A stretch of 64,000 nucleotides of DNA, taken from a virus. Made by a program: the position numbers and the translations under genes. The stretch lies in the IMG/VR virus record IMGVR_UViG_3300021335_000003; one strand, written 5' to 3'. Shown in pieces: positions 1 to 9,975 of this stretch (the stretch's first letter is position 1; the number at the start of each line of letters is the position of its first letter). The notes under the pieces were generated by a model that saw only the letters and a list, made by a program, of their open reading frames with translations, made no database searches and had not been told where the DNA came from.

Positions 1-2
1 AA

Positions 3-1325
3 ACAGCAGGCGGTACTGAAGTAAGTGCAACTGAACCAGTTGGCCTAGATGAAGGCGACCTTTGGTGGTCAAGCACAAGTAATCAGTTGTATGGTAAAAC
101 TGCCGGTGGTGAATTTATTCTTGTTGGTCCTCAGAGTGCTGGTAGTGGTACTACACAAATGCTTAGTGTTAATGTATTATCAGCACCAGATAACATAGAA
201 AAAACTATTATTGTTGCTTTAATTAATGATGTTGCCATTTACGTTATATCAAATGAAGAATTTACTCTTGCTACAACTCAACCTGCCGGAACACCTACAC
301 TTACCACAAGATTTAATACAATCAAACGTGGTATTACTTTTATGAATACTCCAGCAGATGGTATTACAGAAAATGAAGAAGATATTGACGTATCTGGTTT
401 AAGTAATGAACCTATTATTTGGGGAACATCAAGCAACTCACTGAAACTAGGCGGATTTTCAGCTAATGATTTTATTGGTGCAGGAAATTTAAATTTTATT
501 CCATCACAAGATGCTGCTGCCGCTAAAGTACAATTTGCAGATATAGGTGTTACTATTGGAGATACAGACGATTTACTTCTTCATGTTCCGGACAGTGAAA
601 CACCGATTATTGCTAACCAAATTTCTAGTAAATTAAGATTTGCTGCAAAACTAAGCGGTGGTGGAGTGCAAAATATTTTACGCTTACAAGCTCAAGACAC
701 ATTAAATCCTATTTCTGGTATGTATCCAGAAACAACTGACGTATTTAATATTGGTAGTTCGACTGAAAGATTTGCAGAAATTCATGCTGCATCTTTTGTA
801 GGTACTGCTACTAAAGCAGGAACAGTTGATGTGGGCGGAACTGGCAGAAGTGCAAGTACAGCAGCATCACCAAATACTATTGCTGCAAGAGATAGCAATG
901 GCGATTTGACAGCACGTTTCTTTAACGGAACTGCTACACAGGCACAGTATGCAGACTTAGCTGAAAAATACACTACCGAAATTGAACATCCGGTAGGAAC
1001 TGTTATGACTGTATCCGCACAAAGATTTGTAGAAGAAGCAGATGTAAGTGCAGAAACAAGACCGTGTAGATCAAGTGATTTAGCAATTGGTGTTATCAGT
1101 GAAAATCCAGCATACTTAATGAATGCAGATATTGACGGACAAGCTATTGCATTGAAAGGTCGTGTTCCAGTAAGATGCACAGGTATTGTTGAAAAAGGCA
1201 CTCCTGTATATGCATGGGAAGATGGCGTATGTACAACAACTGCAACTAGAGCACTTGTTGGTATTGCGTTAGAAACAAATACAAATCCAGAAGAAAAATT
1301 AGTAGAGTGTGTGCTGAAAGTATAA
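3..1325 (+). CDS. Tail fibre/baseplate structural protein, 5'-truncated by the window edge
   Basis: Frame is open from base 3 (TAGGTEVSATEPVGLDEGDLWWSS...). G/T/S/A-rich. C-terminal ADLAEKY...GVISENPAYLMN...IALKGRVPV segment is typical of phage fibre C-terminal chaperone/peptidase-G2-like domains. Confidence 0.75.
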   Translation, partial: TAGGTEVSATEPVGLDEGDLWWSSTSNQLYGKTAGGEFILVGPQSAGSGTTQMLSVNVLSAPDNIEKTIIVALINDVAIYVISNEEFTLATTQPAGTPTLTTRFNTIKRGITFMNTPADGITENEEDIDVSGLSNEPIIWGTSSNSLKLGGFSANDFIGAGNLNFIPSQDAAAAKVQFADIGVTIGDTDDLLLHVPDSETPIIANQISSKLRFAAKLSGGGVQNILRLQAQDTLNPISGMYPETTDVFNIGSSTERFAEIHAASFVGTATKAGTVDVGGTGRSASTAASPNTIAARDSNGDLTARFFNGTATQAQYADLAEKYTTEIEHPVGTVMTVSAQRFVEEADVSAETRPCRSSDLAIGVISENPAYLMNADIDGQAIALKGRVPVRCTGIVEKGTPVYAWEDGVCTTTATRALVGIALETNTNPEEKLVECVLKV

Positions 1326-1328
1326 GTA
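1321..1328 (+). promoter_or_regulatory. Late-promoter-like motif TATAAGTA
   Basis: One mismatch to the T4 late consensus TATAAATA; lies directly upstream of the GGAG RBS and ATG at 1347. Confidence 0.5.
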
Positions 1329-1346
1329 CTATAACGGAGATTAAGT

Positions 1347-2249
1347 ATGCCAGAAATAGTTTCAGCAGCAAGATACAATGAATTACAAGGTCGAATATCG
1401 GGTTTATTAGGAGTAGGAAACAGAGACAAAGGGTACAATCAGATAGTATCTTCTACAGGACAACCTTCTGAGACAGTGGTTCTTGCGTCACATATGAATT
1501 CTTTATACACTGACTTTGAAAAAGTTTATGTGCATATCAATGGAACAACTCCAACAACTATTTCTACTGTAACTAGCGACGATGATATAGAAGAAGTATT
1601 GTATGCTGCCTATGAATCATTAATCACAACATTAGAAAACGATAGGTTTATACTACATCCTACACAAGCAACTGCTGAATCTGCAGGTGTAAATAGTATC
1701 AAAAATGGTTCAGCATCGCCTTGGGGTGGAACTGCAACACCGCAACAAATCAATCATACTATTGATGTTGGTTTTTCTAGTGCTAATGAACGTAGAGCAT
1801 TTTTTAATGCTGGAGGACAAATACGTTTTGAAGCAAGTATTGATATTAGTTCAGTAGGCGGTGCCGATTTGGCAAAAAACCAAGCATGGGAAACAATGCT
1901 TGATAACAGTGGGCAAGTTCAGTTTGGTAGAGCTGCAACTGCTACAACTGGAAGCGGTACAGCATATACTATTGGTAACGAAGATTTAACAGATACCTAT
2001 CAAAAAATATATCTTAAAGAAGGCGACCCTAGCGGAACATATGCTGAAAATAATTGGTATGTAGAAGCAAAAAATAAAACAGATTCTACCATTACATTTA
2101 ATATTGTTTTTTGGGACTTAGATGTAGGATCAGGCGGAGCCGATGAGTATGTTGCAGGAATTTTAACAAGTAGTGTATCGCATTTGCGAGCCTCAGGTAC
2201 GTATGTTAGTAATGATGCACCAGCATATGTTAAAACTAGCGAGTTATGA
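1347..2249 (+). CDS. Virion structural protein (tail/baseplate-associated)
   Basis: 300 aa, S/T/G-rich. FFNAGGQIRF and WETML..SGQVQF motifs are shared with the next gene. GGAG RBS. Confidence 0.6.
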   Translation: MPEIVSAARYNELQGRISGLLGVGNRDKGYNQIVSSTGQPSETVVLASHMNSLYTDFEKVYVHINGTTPTTISTVTSDDDIEEVLYAAYESLITTLENDRFILHPTQATAESAGVNSIKNGSASPWGGTATPQQINHTIDVGFSSANERRAFFNAGGQIRFEASIDISSVGGADLAKNQAWETMLDNSGQVQFGRAATATTGSGTAYTIGNEDLTDTYQKIYLKEGDPSGTYAENNWYVEAKNKTDSTITFNIVFWDLDVGSGGADEYVAGILTSSVSHLRASGTYVSNDAPAYVKTSEL

Positions 2250-2278
2250 TTGACAAAGTAAATAAATCATACTATATT
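2250..2278 (+). promoter_or_regulatory. sigma70-type promoter TTGACA-N17-TATATT
   Basis: -35 at 2250-2255 and -10 at 2273-2278, in the intergenic gap. Confidence 0.55.
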
Positions 2279-2295
2279 ATAAAAAAGGATATTAA

Positions 2296-3459
2296 ATGGC
2301 TCAATTTACTCCAATATTAGCATCTCATTATAATGCAATTAGAGAACTTGTGGCTGGTAGATTAGGCAGTGTGTCGGTGTATGTAGAGTATCCTAGTTTA
2401 ACAACACCTTTAACAACAAGCGGTGGTTACGGAAGAAATTTTACAAGTGACGAAGTTGTAGGAGGAAGTACGCCTGGTGTAAGTGACATTGTTACTGAAG
2501 ACCAACATTTTAATTTATGGTTAGATTTACAAGCAGGACATAACCATTGTTATGGAACACTAGCAACAGATATATCACCTACTGAATTTGAAGGTAAAAC
2601 AACTTATCCTCTTGATGCCGATCAAAATAATAGAGATTTAATTGCATGGCAGCATAAACTAGATTTGGATACAATCGCCGACACTGTGTTGGCATTTAAT
2701 CATGCAAGCACCGAATTTCCTAGTAGCAGTTTTACAGGAGTAGAGCCATTAGAAACTACAGGCGGTGTTAGTACCAGCAGTACACGAACTACACAGTTTG
2801 GAGGTAGCTCTGATGCTGTAAAAGTAATTAGACATGACGTGACTGTAAATTTTGGTAGTCATAATAATTTAATTTATTATCTAGCAGCTGGTGGTGAAAT
2901 ACTTTTCCAGGCTAGTGCATCAGGAGGTAGTACAGGCACACCAAATACAAAAGATTGGGATTGGGCTCAAACACTATCAGGTGCTGGAACAGTAAGATTT
3001 AGACGTAGAAATCAAACCACATGGGAATGTGAAGCTATTTCGCCAGGATCGGGGACTGGTTATAGTAATGCTACCATTGGTAGCGGTTCCACATGGACAA
3101 AAGTTTTTGAAAAATTTGGAGGTTCGACAGTTGGTGCTCCAAATATTGGCGATCCAACAGGTACAACTATATACGATGATAACGTTTTTAGGATATATGC
3201 TAGAACCAATACTGCATTTGCAAGTGCAACACAATTACAATTTAGAATAGAAGTTGATGATGCCGATTTAGGTACAGGCGGCCAGACTGGGTATCCTGGA
3301 GAAACCGATAGAGGTACTTTGGTTGATGAAAGTGTAACAGCAAATATTACAAGTACAGTATTTACAAAGACACCAAACAGCACATTTGTTTATGACGGTG
3401 TAACCTATAATGGTATTGTGTTAGAAACTCCAACAGGTGTAAAAAATTCCGACTTTTAA
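2296..3459 (+). CDS. Virion structural protein, paralog of 1347..2249
   Basis: YLAAGGEILF and DWAQTLSGAGTVRF align with motifs of the previous ORF. T/G/S-rich. Confidence 0.6.
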   Translation: MAQFTPILASHYNAIRELVAGRLGSVSVYVEYPSLTTPLTTSGGYGRNFTSDEVVGGSTPGVSDIVTEDQHFNLWLDLQAGHNHCYGTLATDISPTEFEGKTTYPLDADQNNRDLIAWQHKLDLDTIADTVLAFNHASTEFPSSSFTGVEPLETTGGVSTSSTRTTQFGGSSDAVKVIRHDVTVNFGSHNNLIYYLAAGGEILFQASASGGSTGTPNTKDWDWAQTLSGAGTVRFRRRNQTTWECEAISPGSGTGYSNATIGSGSTWTKVFEKFGGSTVGAPNIGDPTGTTIYDDNVFRIYARTNTAFASATQLQFRIEVDDADLGTGGQTGYPGETDRGTLVDESVTANITSTVFTKTPNSTFVYDGVTYNGIVLETPTGVKNSDF

Positions 3460-3488
3460 TTGACAATCGTAAAAAACTACTATATAAT
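3460..3488 (+). promoter_or_regulatory. Consensus sigma70 promoter TTGACA-N17-TATAAT
   Basis: Exact -35 (3460-3465) and -10 (3483-3488), upstream of the AGGAG RBS of the glycosyltransferase operon. Confidence 0.8.
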
Positions 3489-3509
3489 AATACTATATAG
3501 GAGAAATAC

Positions 3510-3857
3510 ATGGACGAACGTCTTCAAAAAGCACTTGATCATAGTAATTACATGGTTACACTTAACAATCAAAAAAGATTGTTAAAAGAACAATATCAAG
3601 AAAATTTAGTATATTATTTTAACGGCGGGCAGTTCACAGTTACACAAGGATTGGTTAGTTTTTGTCAAAGTTTAGTTAGTCTAAATCAAGACGAAACTAT
3701 TATAATTGATGACAACGATTTGCCTATTGCAGTAGATGATTTAAAAAACTTTTTAAGTGAAATTGTTACCAAATACTTTGAAGCAGCAAATAGTTATCTT
3801 GTTGAATACAATCAATTAAAGAAAAACAGAACTGTAGAAAGTGTTGTTAATTTATGA
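3510..3857 (+). CDS. Hypothetical phage protein
   Basis: 115 aa ORF with AGGAG RBS and ATGA overlap with the next gene. Confidence 0.7.
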   Translation: MDERLQKALDHSNYMVTLNNQKRLLKEQYQENLVYYFNGGQFTVTQGLVSFCQSLVSLNQDETIIIDDNDLPIAVDDLKNFLSEIVTKYFEAANSYLVEYNQLKKNRTVESVVNL

Positions 3858-4687
3858 GCAAAGGTGTATTGTTATTTGCCAATAACAATGGAAGTATTGA
3901 TTACGTAAAACAAGCAGTATATTTGGCAAAACGGATTGAAAAGTATTTACAATTACCTGTTAGTTTAGTTACAAGTAACAAATTAACAAAAGAACAATCA
4001 AAGGTATTTGACCAAATTATTCCATCTACTTTATCGGTAGCAAAAAGCAGTACTAAGCGTCATTGTGACGGCGATATGTATGATAAAATAACTAAATTTT
4101 ATAATAACGATAGAGCATCTGCATATGATTTAACTCCATATGAACAAACTATTGTTATGGATACAGATTTTATTATATCAAACAACTTATTGAATAATTG
4201 TTTTATACAAAATAAAAACTTTTTAATTTACAAAGATGCTACGCATGTAGGAATACATACTGGTACTCCTGAATTCCAAAGGGTAAGCGATACTAGTATT
4301 GACTTTTACTGGGCAACAGTGTTCTTTTTTAGAAAATCTCAAGATACACAAATATTTTTTGATTTAATAAAACACATTCATGAAAATTATTTGCATTATC
4401 GAAGTATGTATCAGTTTAGGACCACTGTGTTTAGAAATGATTTTGCATTTAGTATGGCAATACATATTATGAATGGTTATCAAACTGGCGAATTCGCAGG
4501 TACATTGCCTGGTAAAAAGTTTTATGCTATAGACAAAGATGTGTTAATTGATATAGTAGATGATGAAATTAAAATATTAGTTCAAAAAACAAACAGGTTT
4601 GGCGAATATACTGCTGTAAAATTAAAAGGTAGTAATTGTCATGTAATGAATAAGTTTAGTTTGGAGAGAATTATTGAAAACAAATAA
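3854..4687 (+). CDS. GT-A (GT8-like) nucleotide-diphospho-sugar transferase
   Basis: GVLLFA..Y...A N-terminus, DLTPYEQTIVMDTD (DxD), and RNDFAF motif. Confidence 0.65.
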   Translation: MSKGVLLFANNNGSIDYVKQAVYLAKRIEKYLQLPVSLVTSNKLTKEQSKVFDQIIPSTLSVAKSSTKRHCDGDMYDKITKFYNNDRASAYDLTPYEQTIVMDTDFIISNNLLNNCFIQNKNFLIYKDATHVGIHTGTPEFQRVSDTSIDFYWATVFFFRKSQDTQIFFDLIKHIHENYLHYRSMYQFRTTVFRNDFAFSMAIHIMNGYQTGEFAGTLPGKKFYAIDKDVLIDIVDDEIKILVQKTNRFGEYTAVKLKGSNCHVMNKFSLERIIENK

Positions 4688-5522
4688 TTTTACAATGCTG
4701 GCACAAAATAGTGATTTTGATTATGTAAGGCAAGCATACCTTGCAGCTATGAGTATCAAGGCAACAAACAATAACAGCAAAATTTGTTTAGTAACAAACG
4801 ATCCAGTTCCTACAAAGTATAAACAAGTATTCGATGACATTGTAGATATCCCTTGGGGCGATCATGCCGAAAATGAAAATTGGAAAGTTAGTAATCGTTG
4901 GAAAATTTATCATGCAATTCCATATACTGAAACTGTTGTTATAGATACTGATATGCTTGTTTTAGACGATTTGTCTTTATGGTTTGATTTTCTGCAAAAT
5001 TATGATCTATTTTATACTAGCACAGTGACCACATATAGAGGAGAACAAATTCCAAAAGACTCTCATTATAGAAAAATATTTTATAATTTTAATTTGCCTA
5101 ATTTATATAACGGATTTCATTATTTTAAAAAGAGTGACACAGCACATGAGTTTAATAATTGGTTAGAATTAATTACTAACAATTGGCAACAATTTTATAT
5201 ACAGGTTAATAATTCCTTAAAACACCTACCACATCCTAGTATGGATATTACAGCAGCAATAGCAAGTTTAATAATGGATAATCAACATTTAATTACAAAT
5301 AACAAAACTAGATATCCAAGTTTTGTACATATGAAACCAAAAGTACAAAACTGGGTAGATAATTTTAGTTATAGATGGCAAGACAGAGTAGGTGTTTATT
5401 TAGATAATGACCTCAAATTAAAAATCGGCAATTATCAACAAAATGGTATCTTCCATTACACTGAAAAAGATTTTGTTACAAGTAACATTGTAAAGAAATA
5501 TGAAACATATTTAGGAATATAA
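4674..5522 (+). CDS. GT-A (GT8-like) glycosyltransferase, paralog of the previous gene
   Basis: IPYTETVVIDTDML (DxD), NLYNGFHYFKK and FVHMK motifs. Confidence 0.65.
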   Translation: MKTNNFTMLAQNSDFDYVRQAYLAAMSIKATNNNSKICLVTNDPVPTKYKQVFDDIVDIPWGDHAENENWKVSNRWKIYHAIPYTETVVIDTDMLVLDDLSLWFDFLQNYDLFYTSTVTTYRGEQIPKDSHYRKIFYNFNLPNLYNGFHYFKKSDTAHEFNNWLELITNNWQQFYIQVNNSLKHLPHPSMDITAAIASLIMDNQHLITNNKTRYPSFVHMKPKVQNWVDNFSYRWQDRVGVYLDNDLKLKIGNYQQNGIFHYTEKDFVTSNIVKKYETYLGI

Positions 5523-5524
5523 CG

Positions 5525-6073
5525 ATGCAGATAAAACGTTATGTGTGCTTTGAAGAAGACGGATCTATTTACAAAATTACAAATAAACCAGATGATAGGT
5601 TTCAAAACTTAGAAGTAGATTTTTCTGAGGTAGAGGATTTTATTACAGGTAAACGTAGTTTGTTAGAACACAAAGTTGAGTTTGATTTTATTGAAAAAAA
5701 ATATAACATCAAAAGTCAAAAACAACTTAACGATGATAAGCTCATGTGGGCATTTTTATATGAGATTCCTACAACTATGCCGGAAGAAAAGCAAATAGTT
5801 ATTACAAAAAATAACTTAAAAAAACAATGGCAATTGTCAATTGACGAAGAATTTGAAAAACAAATTAATGATCAAAAAATTACAATTGATATGACTAACT
5901 ATTTCTTTAGTGTTACTAAACAAAGTGATCCAAACGTGCTGTACAAACTGCTTAACTTTGATGAAACAATGCAATTACCATTTACAGAAGATTTTGAATT
6001 TGACGATAGCAAAATTTCAGTATATACTACACGTAGATTTGATTCTTATTACTACGAGGAAATAAATGAGTAA
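5525..6073 (+). CDS. Hypothetical protein
   Basis: 182 aa ORF tightly packed within the operon. Confidence 0.65.
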   Translation: MQIKRYVCFEEDGSIYKITNKPDDRFQNLEVDFSEVEDFITGKRSLLEHKVEFDFIEKKYNIKSQKQLNDDKLMWAFLYEIPTTMPEEKQIVITKNNLKKQWQLSIDEEFEKQINDQKITIDMTNYFFSVTKQSDPNVLYKLLNFDETMQLPFTEDFEFDDSKISVYTTRRFDSYYYEEINE

Positions 6074-6980
6074 TACATTTAGAGTTGTTGACTATGACAT
6101 TATCTATCTAAGTTATGATGAACCAAATGCAGAAAAAAACTTTGCAGATTTAGTAAGCAAATGTCCATGGGCTGAACACGTCAGCGGAGTAAAGGGCAGT
6201 GATAGTGCGCACAAAGCCGCAGCAGAAAAATCAACAACAGACAGATTTATTACAGTAGATGCTGATAACATTATAAATGATAACTTTTTAAACCAAGTAA
6301 TCGATTTTGACGAAAACACAGATTTGACAAACAAAGTTATAAGTTGGACTGCAAAAAACATTATCAACGGACTTAGTTACGGTAACGGCGGACTAAAGTG
6401 TTGGCCTAAACAGCATGTGTTAAACATGCGCACACACGAGAATGCACCTGCAGATAATCCACATGCACAAGTAGATTTTTGTTGGGATACACAATATATT
6501 CAAATGAACGGCACATTTAGCACTATTCATAACAATGCTACACCACAACAAGCATGGCGTGCTGGATTCCGTGAAGGTGTTAAAATGGCACTAGATCAGG
6601 GTGTGCGTCCAGACTATGAAGGATTTAAACGCAATCACTGGAAAAACTTACACAGACTTTACATTTGGCTAATGGTAGGAGCCGATGTTGAAAACGGACG
6701 TTGGGCAATACATGGTGCTAGAGAAGGTTTATACAAGACCATGTGTACTGACTGGGATTATATTAATGTACGTGATTTTGATTATTTAAACGATTATTGG
6801 AGCAATAAAGATATTGCCGATATGGAAGAACAAACAGAAGAGCTCGGTGCTAAATTGATACATGAATTAGATATTCCAATTGCAGAAGAATGTTTAAATG
6901 CACAACAAAGTGCATTCTTTAAAAGTGTATATCAAAATCCTGTAAGAGATAACAGTACAAAATTTTTAGATAGAGAGTAA
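6066..6980 (+). CDS. GT-A-fold glycosyltransferase-like protein
   Basis: SYDEPNA, GVKGSDSAHKAAA, VDADN (DxD), YGNGGLK and AWRAGFREGVK motifs. Paralog of the C-terminal domain of 11490..12524. Confidence 0.6.
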   Translation: MSNTFRVVDYDIIYLSYDEPNAEKNFADLVSKCPWAEHVSGVKGSDSAHKAAAEKSTTDRFITVDADNIINDNFLNQVIDFDENTDLTNKVISWTAKNIINGLSYGNGGLKCWPKQHVLNMRTHENAPADNPHAQVDFCWDTQYIQMNGTFSTIHNNATPQQAWRAGFREGVKMALDQGVRPDYEGFKRNHWKNLHRLYIWLMVGADVENGRWAIHGAREGLYKTMCTDWDYINVRDFDYLNDYWSNKDIADMEEQTEELGAKLIHELDIPIAEECLNAQQSAFFKSVYQNPVRDNSTKFLDRE

Positions 6981-6982
6981 TA

Positions 6983-8356
6983 ATGGAGCGCAGCGAAAGT
7001 GAAGAAATAAAGCGCATTGATGGTATAACACAAGAAATATCACCAACGTTTTGTTTTGCAAAATGGTATCATGCTAACATATATTTCCAAACAGGTGAAA
7101 CACACAGTTGTTATCATCCTGCTCCTCATAAGATTGACACAGCACCGTTATTAGAAAATCCAAGTGCAATACACAACACAGCACAAAAGAAACAAGAACG
7201 TGCTGCTATGATGCGTGGTGAACAACCTAGTGGTTGTAACTACTGTTGGAAAATTGAAGCACTTGGTAAAGATTATGTCAGTGATAGAAAGCAGCGTAAT
7301 CAAACTATTTTCTTCAAGCATAGACTGAATGCTGTAAAAGAAGGTGGTGCAGAGTTTGACGTTAATCCAGAATACTTGGAAGTATCATTTGGCAACGAAT
7401 GTAACTTTAGATGCGGATATTGTCATCCAAAAGCAAGCAGCAGATATTATCAAGAAATCAAACAACATGGTCCTTACACAAATGTTAAAAATCACAGATG
7501 TGATATTGACTGGTTTCAGATATTTGAAGAAGAAAACAATCCGTATTTAGATGCGTTTTGGCGTTGGTGGCCTGAGCTTAGTAAAGAGCTGCACATTCTG
7601 CGCATTACAGGCGGAGAGCCAACAATACAACAAAGCACGTACAAACTGTTTGATATGTTAGACGCAGATCCTAAGCCCGAACTAGAACTAAACTGTAACA
7701 GCAACTTAGGCGGCAAACCAAAGCAGTTAGAAAAGTTTACAAACCGTGTAAATGATTTGCTTACAAATAATAAAATTCGACGTTTTAAAATGTTCACTAG
7801 TATTGACACTTGGGGCAAACGTGCAGAATACATACGTGACGGATTAGACATAGAAGTGTTTGAACGCAATTTGGATTATTTTATGCGTAACTGTGAAGCA
7901 CCTATGGTGTTGATGATTACGTTTAACATATTCAGTGTAACAACATTCCGCACACTATTAGAAAAGATCTTAGAATGGCGTGCAAAATACAATGATGTAG
8001 AAACACACAGATGGCAACGTTTGGGTTTTGATACACCGCATCTAAAAGAGCCGCTGCAATATGATATTAACATTTTGCCAAACAACTATATGACCTATAT
8101 GCGTGACCATTTGCAGTTTATAAAAGAAAATGTAGATGACAATCGCAAAGATGCGTTTAGCACTATTGAGTATGAAAAATTTAGACGTGTTGTTGATTAT
8201 ATGGATACAACAGAATATCCACTAGAAAAAGTTATACAAGGGCGTAGAGATTTCCACAACTTCTTTGAAGAACAAGGACGCAGACGTGGAGTTGATCACA
8301 AACAAGTATTTCCAGAAATGTCAGACTTTTTTGAGTTGTGCAGCAAATACGTCTAG
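6983..8356 (+). CDS. Radical SAM protein with N-terminal twitch domain
   Basis: CNFRCGYC and ITGGEP motifs; N-terminal FCFAKW..HSCYH..GCNYCW. Confidence 0.9.
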   Translation: MERSESEEIKRIDGITQEISPTFCFAKWYHANIYFQTGETHSCYHPAPHKIDTAPLLENPSAIHNTAQKKQERAAMMRGEQPSGCNYCWKIEALGKDYVSDRKQRNQTIFFKHRLNAVKEGGAEFDVNPEYLEVSFGNECNFRCGYCHPKASSRYYQEIKQHGPYTNVKNHRCDIDWFQIFEEENNPYLDAFWRWWPELSKELHILRITGGEPTIQQSTYKLFDMLDADPKPELELNCNSNLGGKPKQLEKFTNRVNDLLTNNKIRRFKMFTSIDTWGKRAEYIRDGLDIEVFERNLDYFMRNCEAPMVLMITFNIFSVTTFRTLLEKILEWRAKYNDVETHRWQRLGFDTPHLKEPLQYDINILPNNYMTYMRDHLQFIKENVDDNRKDAFSTIEYEKFRRVVDYMDTTEYPLEKVIQGRRDFHNFFEEQGRRRGVDHKQVFPEMSDFFELCSKYV

Positions 8357-8935
8357 TACCTGTTTTGACTCAGGCCATTGTACTTTAGACAGATCATTTA
8401 ACCAGTGTTCAACATCAACTTTCCAAAATGTTTGGAATGCACCTTTGTACTCTAGTTCAAATGGATCTTTAAGATATCCATGACGTGACATAATTTTAGC
8501 CCAAGTTCTATGCACTTTGCGTTGGCTTGCTGTTTCTAGGTTATTTGTGCTTACATACATTGGCTTTTCTAGCCCTAAGTAATAAAAACAAGCAGGTGTA
8601 AGCATCTGACTTGTGTGATGATTCATAGGGCTACGATCATTGTTATGTACTTTGTGTCCTCTTATGTCATCTACACGTTCAATAAGCAATGCTGTACGTG
8701 CAGCAATACGATGTGCATTTTTGCCAAGTATGCCCAATTGTTTTAAACTATGTGTGATTGTTGTACCTATTACTCTGTCTTTATAATACAAAAGTATTAG
8801 TGTAGCATCTTCGTGCTTATCAATATAATCAATAAGCACTGTTTTGTTATGGTTGTTGTAAAAGCCTCTAGCAGCAGCACCTTCGTACCAATCTGCTAGA
8901 TCTTGTGTTCCGTCATAAACTTCTAGTCTATACAA
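8321..8935 (-). CDS. Putative GNAT-like acyltransferase
   Basis: Probable TTG start at 8935, coupled to the upstream stop. LILLYYKDRVIG...HRIAART...MYVSTN beta/alpha pattern; weak fold call. Confidence 0.35.
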   Translation of the reverse strand: MYRLEVYDGTQDLADWYEGAAARGFYNNHNKTVLIDYIDKHEDATLILLYYKDRVIGTTITHSLKQLGILGKNAHRIAARTALLIERVDDIRGHKVHNNDRSPMNHHTSQMLTPACFYYLGLEKPMYVSTNNLETASQRKVHRTWAKIMSRHGYLKDPFELEYKGAFQTFWKVDVEHWLNDLSKVQWPESKQVLDVFAAQLKKV

Positions 8936-9917
8936 AAACTTGCGTCCTGTCAATCTTACGTAGATTATCATCTACTTTAATTTCATCTACTTTTTTAGCT
9001 TTAATTTCGTATGCGCATTTGTGTTGTTTTGTGAACTGTGTAATATCTAAATCGCCTGTGTAATATACAACACATTCGTGTGCAACTTTTCTACATAGTG
9101 CTAAACTTGCACCATTTTCAATCGCAACTTTTTCAATTTGCTCTGGATAAACTCTGTCACCACAATTTTCCATTTTAAATGCATTGAATCTACGCCCTGA
9201 TAGTGCAAACTCATCTGCGTCTGTAAATTCTACTAGATCGCCACTGTTCCACCATTCTGTTTGATCTTTGTACTTGCAGCAGAACTCAGTTGTGCCATCA
9301 TCGTGTTTCTCAAACTTGTATTCAATATTAGGATTTATATCACTAAACTTATACACGTCTTGGCGTTCTGTGCTCATAATAACCGGAGGTACTTCTGTGC
9401 TGCCGTAACCTGTGTTAACCTGTTTTGCTCCTTTTGAACGCAAATCTTCCATTAGTCCTGTAGGAGTAATGTCACTGCCTACCTGCATTTGCTTCATACA
9501 ACTTAAATCCAAGTTTTTCCATTTCTTGTGTCTATGCCAAGTTTTCCAAACATTAGGAAGTATCAACATATTTGTCGGCTGTACTTCACGAATTCTATCT
9601 GGTAGATTGGCAACTGTTGTCTCAATAAATGTATCACAGTTTGCAACGTGACAAGGATATAGGCTCATACTTGTAAAACCAATGCCTCTAGGATTGTATA
9701 ATGCCATCATACTACTGTTTGAATCAAGCATGAAATATTCTGCATTGTATTCTGCAACTTTGCGCATTAGTTTTGCACTGTGTTGATATGTTTTAGGATT
9801 ACCAGTTGTACCGCTGGTAGTCACTGTAATATTCCAATTTTCTAAATAGTTAATAACTGCTGATCTCACGTGATCATTGTTACTTTCCATATAGGGTATG
9901 CCGTCAATATAGATCAT
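8928..9917 (-). CDS. AMP-dependent synthetase/ligase (ANL adenylate-forming), N-terminally minimal
   Basis: TTSGTTGNPK (A3 P-loop), GYGSTE (A5), SGD (A7), GR and VYPEQIE motifs. GGAGG RBS. Confidence 0.85.
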   Translation of the reverse strand: MIYIDGIPYMESNNDHVRSAVINYLENWNITVTTSGTTGNPKTYQHSAKLMRKVAEYNAEYFMLDSNSSMMALYNPRGIGFTSMSLYPCHVANCDTFIETTVANLPDRIREVQPTNMLILPNVWKTWHRHKKWKNLDLSCMKQMQVGSDITPTGLMEDLRSKGAKQVNTGYGSTEVPPVIMSTERQDVYKFSDINPNIEYKFEKHDDGTTEFCCKYKDQTEWWNSGDLVEFTDADEFALSGRRFNAFKMENCGDRVYPEQIEKVAIENGASLALCRKVAHECVVYYTGDLDITQFTKQHKCAYEIKAKKVDEIKVDDNLRKIDRTQVFV

Positions 9918-9947
9918 GCTGAATACACCTCCAAATTTGTAATTTTA

Positions 9948-9975
9948 ATTATAGCACAGATTTAGTGTAAGTCAA
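9948..9975 (-). promoter_or_regulatory. sigma70-type promoter TTGACT-N16-(TG)TATAAT
   Basis: Minus-strand -35 at 9975-9970 and extended -10 at 9953-9948, upstream of the ligase gene. Confidence 0.6.

Noticed and set aside
782-1438. 218-aa antisense ORF and many similar antisense ORFs (e.g. 40231, 40687, 52285)
   Set aside because: They lie opposite well-supported genes and are explained by codon bias; no RBS or motifs.
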